Of a stretch of 64,000 bases of DNA, positions 63,010-64,000 are shown in pieces. Made by a program: the position numbers and the translations under genes. The stretch is from positions 2,834 to 66,833 of the forward strand of contig JACPFA010000016.1 in assembly GCA_016183235.1 (NCBI GenBank), written 5' to 3'. Position 1 is the stretch's first letter; each line of letters begins with the position of its first letter. Below the pieces are notes generated by a model. That model worked only from the letters and a program-made list of their open reading frames with translations, had not been told where the DNA came from and did not search any database. Source of the stretch: Deltaproteobacteria bacterium (lineage in GTDB: Bacteria; UBA10199; DSSB01; JACPFA01).

Positions 63010-64000
63010 ATGACAGCACCTGTTTTATCCACCCCCCACACACAAAATCCAGTAGCCCTTCATTCCGAGCCCCCAGCAACCTATGCCATAACGGTAAAAA
63101 CTCCGCCTGTCAGGTTTCTCAATAGAGCTGAGGTAGAAGGCTCCTTCCGCGTGCGTTACAGTGATACCCCGCATACACTCAATGCCCTTTGGCGAAAAGA
63201 TGATGGAGATTTGTTAGGGAATCTCATCTTGGGGATGGTTCTACCATTGAGTCTCCAAGCCATCGTTCGTGCGCTCAATTCTTTTGCAAAAGAGGTCGCA
63301 GATGTTTACCCAAGCATGTCACCACTAGCCAAAGCCTATTTAGCCGAAACTCAACTCATTGCTTTATCAGAACCTCACCGTCAACCAGGAGAAACCTGGT
63401 TATCTGCCACCCCACCTACTAACACAGAAAAACAGATCGCCGAGTTATCTATAGCTTATTTCCAAAACATGGCCATGGCAGACAAAATGCCAAGAGAACT
63501 TAAAAAGGCCATTGGGGCTTTGTGGTCTATCTCTCTAACACCGTGGAGCGAAGGCATCCTGGCTGAAAGTATCCATTTAGGTGAGGCGCTGCGTGCGGCT
63601 ACACCTACAGCAGAACAAGAGGCCAACCCAAAAGTCACATCCACTATTTTGGATTGGCGAGCCATGCTACATGAAGCGCTCGCCGAATACTATAGACAAG
63701 ACAAGGATGAAAGCTCATGCTTACGGGGGCTGTACGCTGCCCTGGCGTTGCGTGAACTTCAGACCAACTCGCCCTGGATCAAAACGCAATGGGACAAAGC
63801 AAGGTCTGTCTTCACCGAATACAACAAACTTGCCCAAAAAATTCTTGAACTAGTCCCCTCAGATCTTAAGTTTCGAGACAAAGCAGCCACAATCCAAGAA
63901 AAGGCCCGCAAATTTAACGCAATCGAACTAATGTTGTCCCACCTTAAGATACCGATCGACACAATCCTTGATATAAGCAACCCTTCACGACGGCTACAAA
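63010..64000 (+). CDS. hypothetical protein, 3'-truncated by the window edge (330+ aa); absent from the supplied ORF track
   Basis: aaggag RBS at 62998-63003 and ATG at 63010. I translated it by hand (MTAPVLSTPHTQNPVALHSEPP...) and found no stop up to base 64000. Confidence 0.75.
   Translation, partial: MTAPVLSTPHTQNPVALHSEPPATYAITVKTPPVRFLNRAEVEGSFRVRYSDTPHTLNALWRKDDGDLLGNLILGMVLPLSLQAIVRALNSFAKEVADVYPSMSPLAKAYLAETQLIALSEPHRQPGETWLSATPPTNTEKQIAELSIAYFQNMAMADKMPRELKKAIGALWSISLTPWSEGILAESIHLGEALRAATPTAEQEANPKVTSTILDWRAMLHEALAEYYRQDKDESSCLRGLYAALALRELQTNSPWIKTQWDKARSVFTEYNKLAQKILELVPSDLKFRDKAATIQEKARKFNAIELMLSHLKIPIDTILDISNPSRRLQ

Noticed and set aside
63456-63980. Three short listed ORFs at the window end
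   Set aside because: All three are overlapped by the longer RBS-preceded ORF starting at 63010, which runs off the window.
1-64000. Search for tRNA, rRNA, tmRNA, RNase P RNA, integrase or prophage genes
   Set aside because: I found no T-loop-like GGTTCGAATCC contexts, no GAGGAAAGTCC RNase P core and no recombinase motifs. This was an eye scan only, so tRNAscan-SE and Infernal should confirm it.

Overview
This is a 64-kb chromosomal window from a Gram-negative, proteobacterium-like genome with moderate AT bias. The secretome style hints at a deltaproteobacterial or Bdellovibrionota-like lineage, but that is inference only. I saw no rRNA, tRNA, CRISPR array, integrase or prophage.

Housekeeping backbone:
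- glnA-aat-glnE on the minus strand
- tgt-yajC-secD-secF-recJ on the minus strand
- mutY
- an amgK/murU-like peptidoglycan-recycling pair
- an SPFH/stomatin protein and a class-I glutamine amidotransferase

Accessory content:
- Three giant secreted multidomain proteins of 1493, 1500 and 2407 aa. They carry beta-helix, Calx-beta, FG-GAP, thrombospondin-type-3, PT-linker and esterase modules.
- A tandem family of three small lipoproteins.
- Two toxin-antitoxin pairs: MntA/HepT and VapBC.
- A clan-CD (C13-like) peptidase fused to thioredoxin and HEAT repeats.
- An arginine-deiminase-fold protein with an EF-hand-like loop.
- Two polytopic GT-C-like membrane proteins.
- Several proteins with no recognisable function.

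The most unusual signals lie outside ordinary gene calls:
1. A perfect GTATAC-N5-GTATAC box occurs four times, always intergenic. It sits upstream of secreted or hypothetical genes at both ends of the window, which suggests an undescribed regulon.
2. A REP-like palindromic repeat superfamily with GTCAT termini has at least 11 loci. A degenerate RAYT (IS200-like Y1 transposase) is flanked by two of its units. One 66-bp doublet is inserted in frame inside the murU-like gene.
3. A roughly 67-bp MITE family brackets the mntA-hepT cassette. One copy carries a nested REP doublet.
4. A consensus sigma-54 promoter precedes the 2407-aa gene.
5. A Cys-containing C-terminal sorting tail is present on the 1500-aa protein and appears truncated on the 1493-aa protein.

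I cannot name one canonical new multi-gene system with certainty. The candidates are ranked in the findings. All homology statements rest on motifs read by eye, with no database search.
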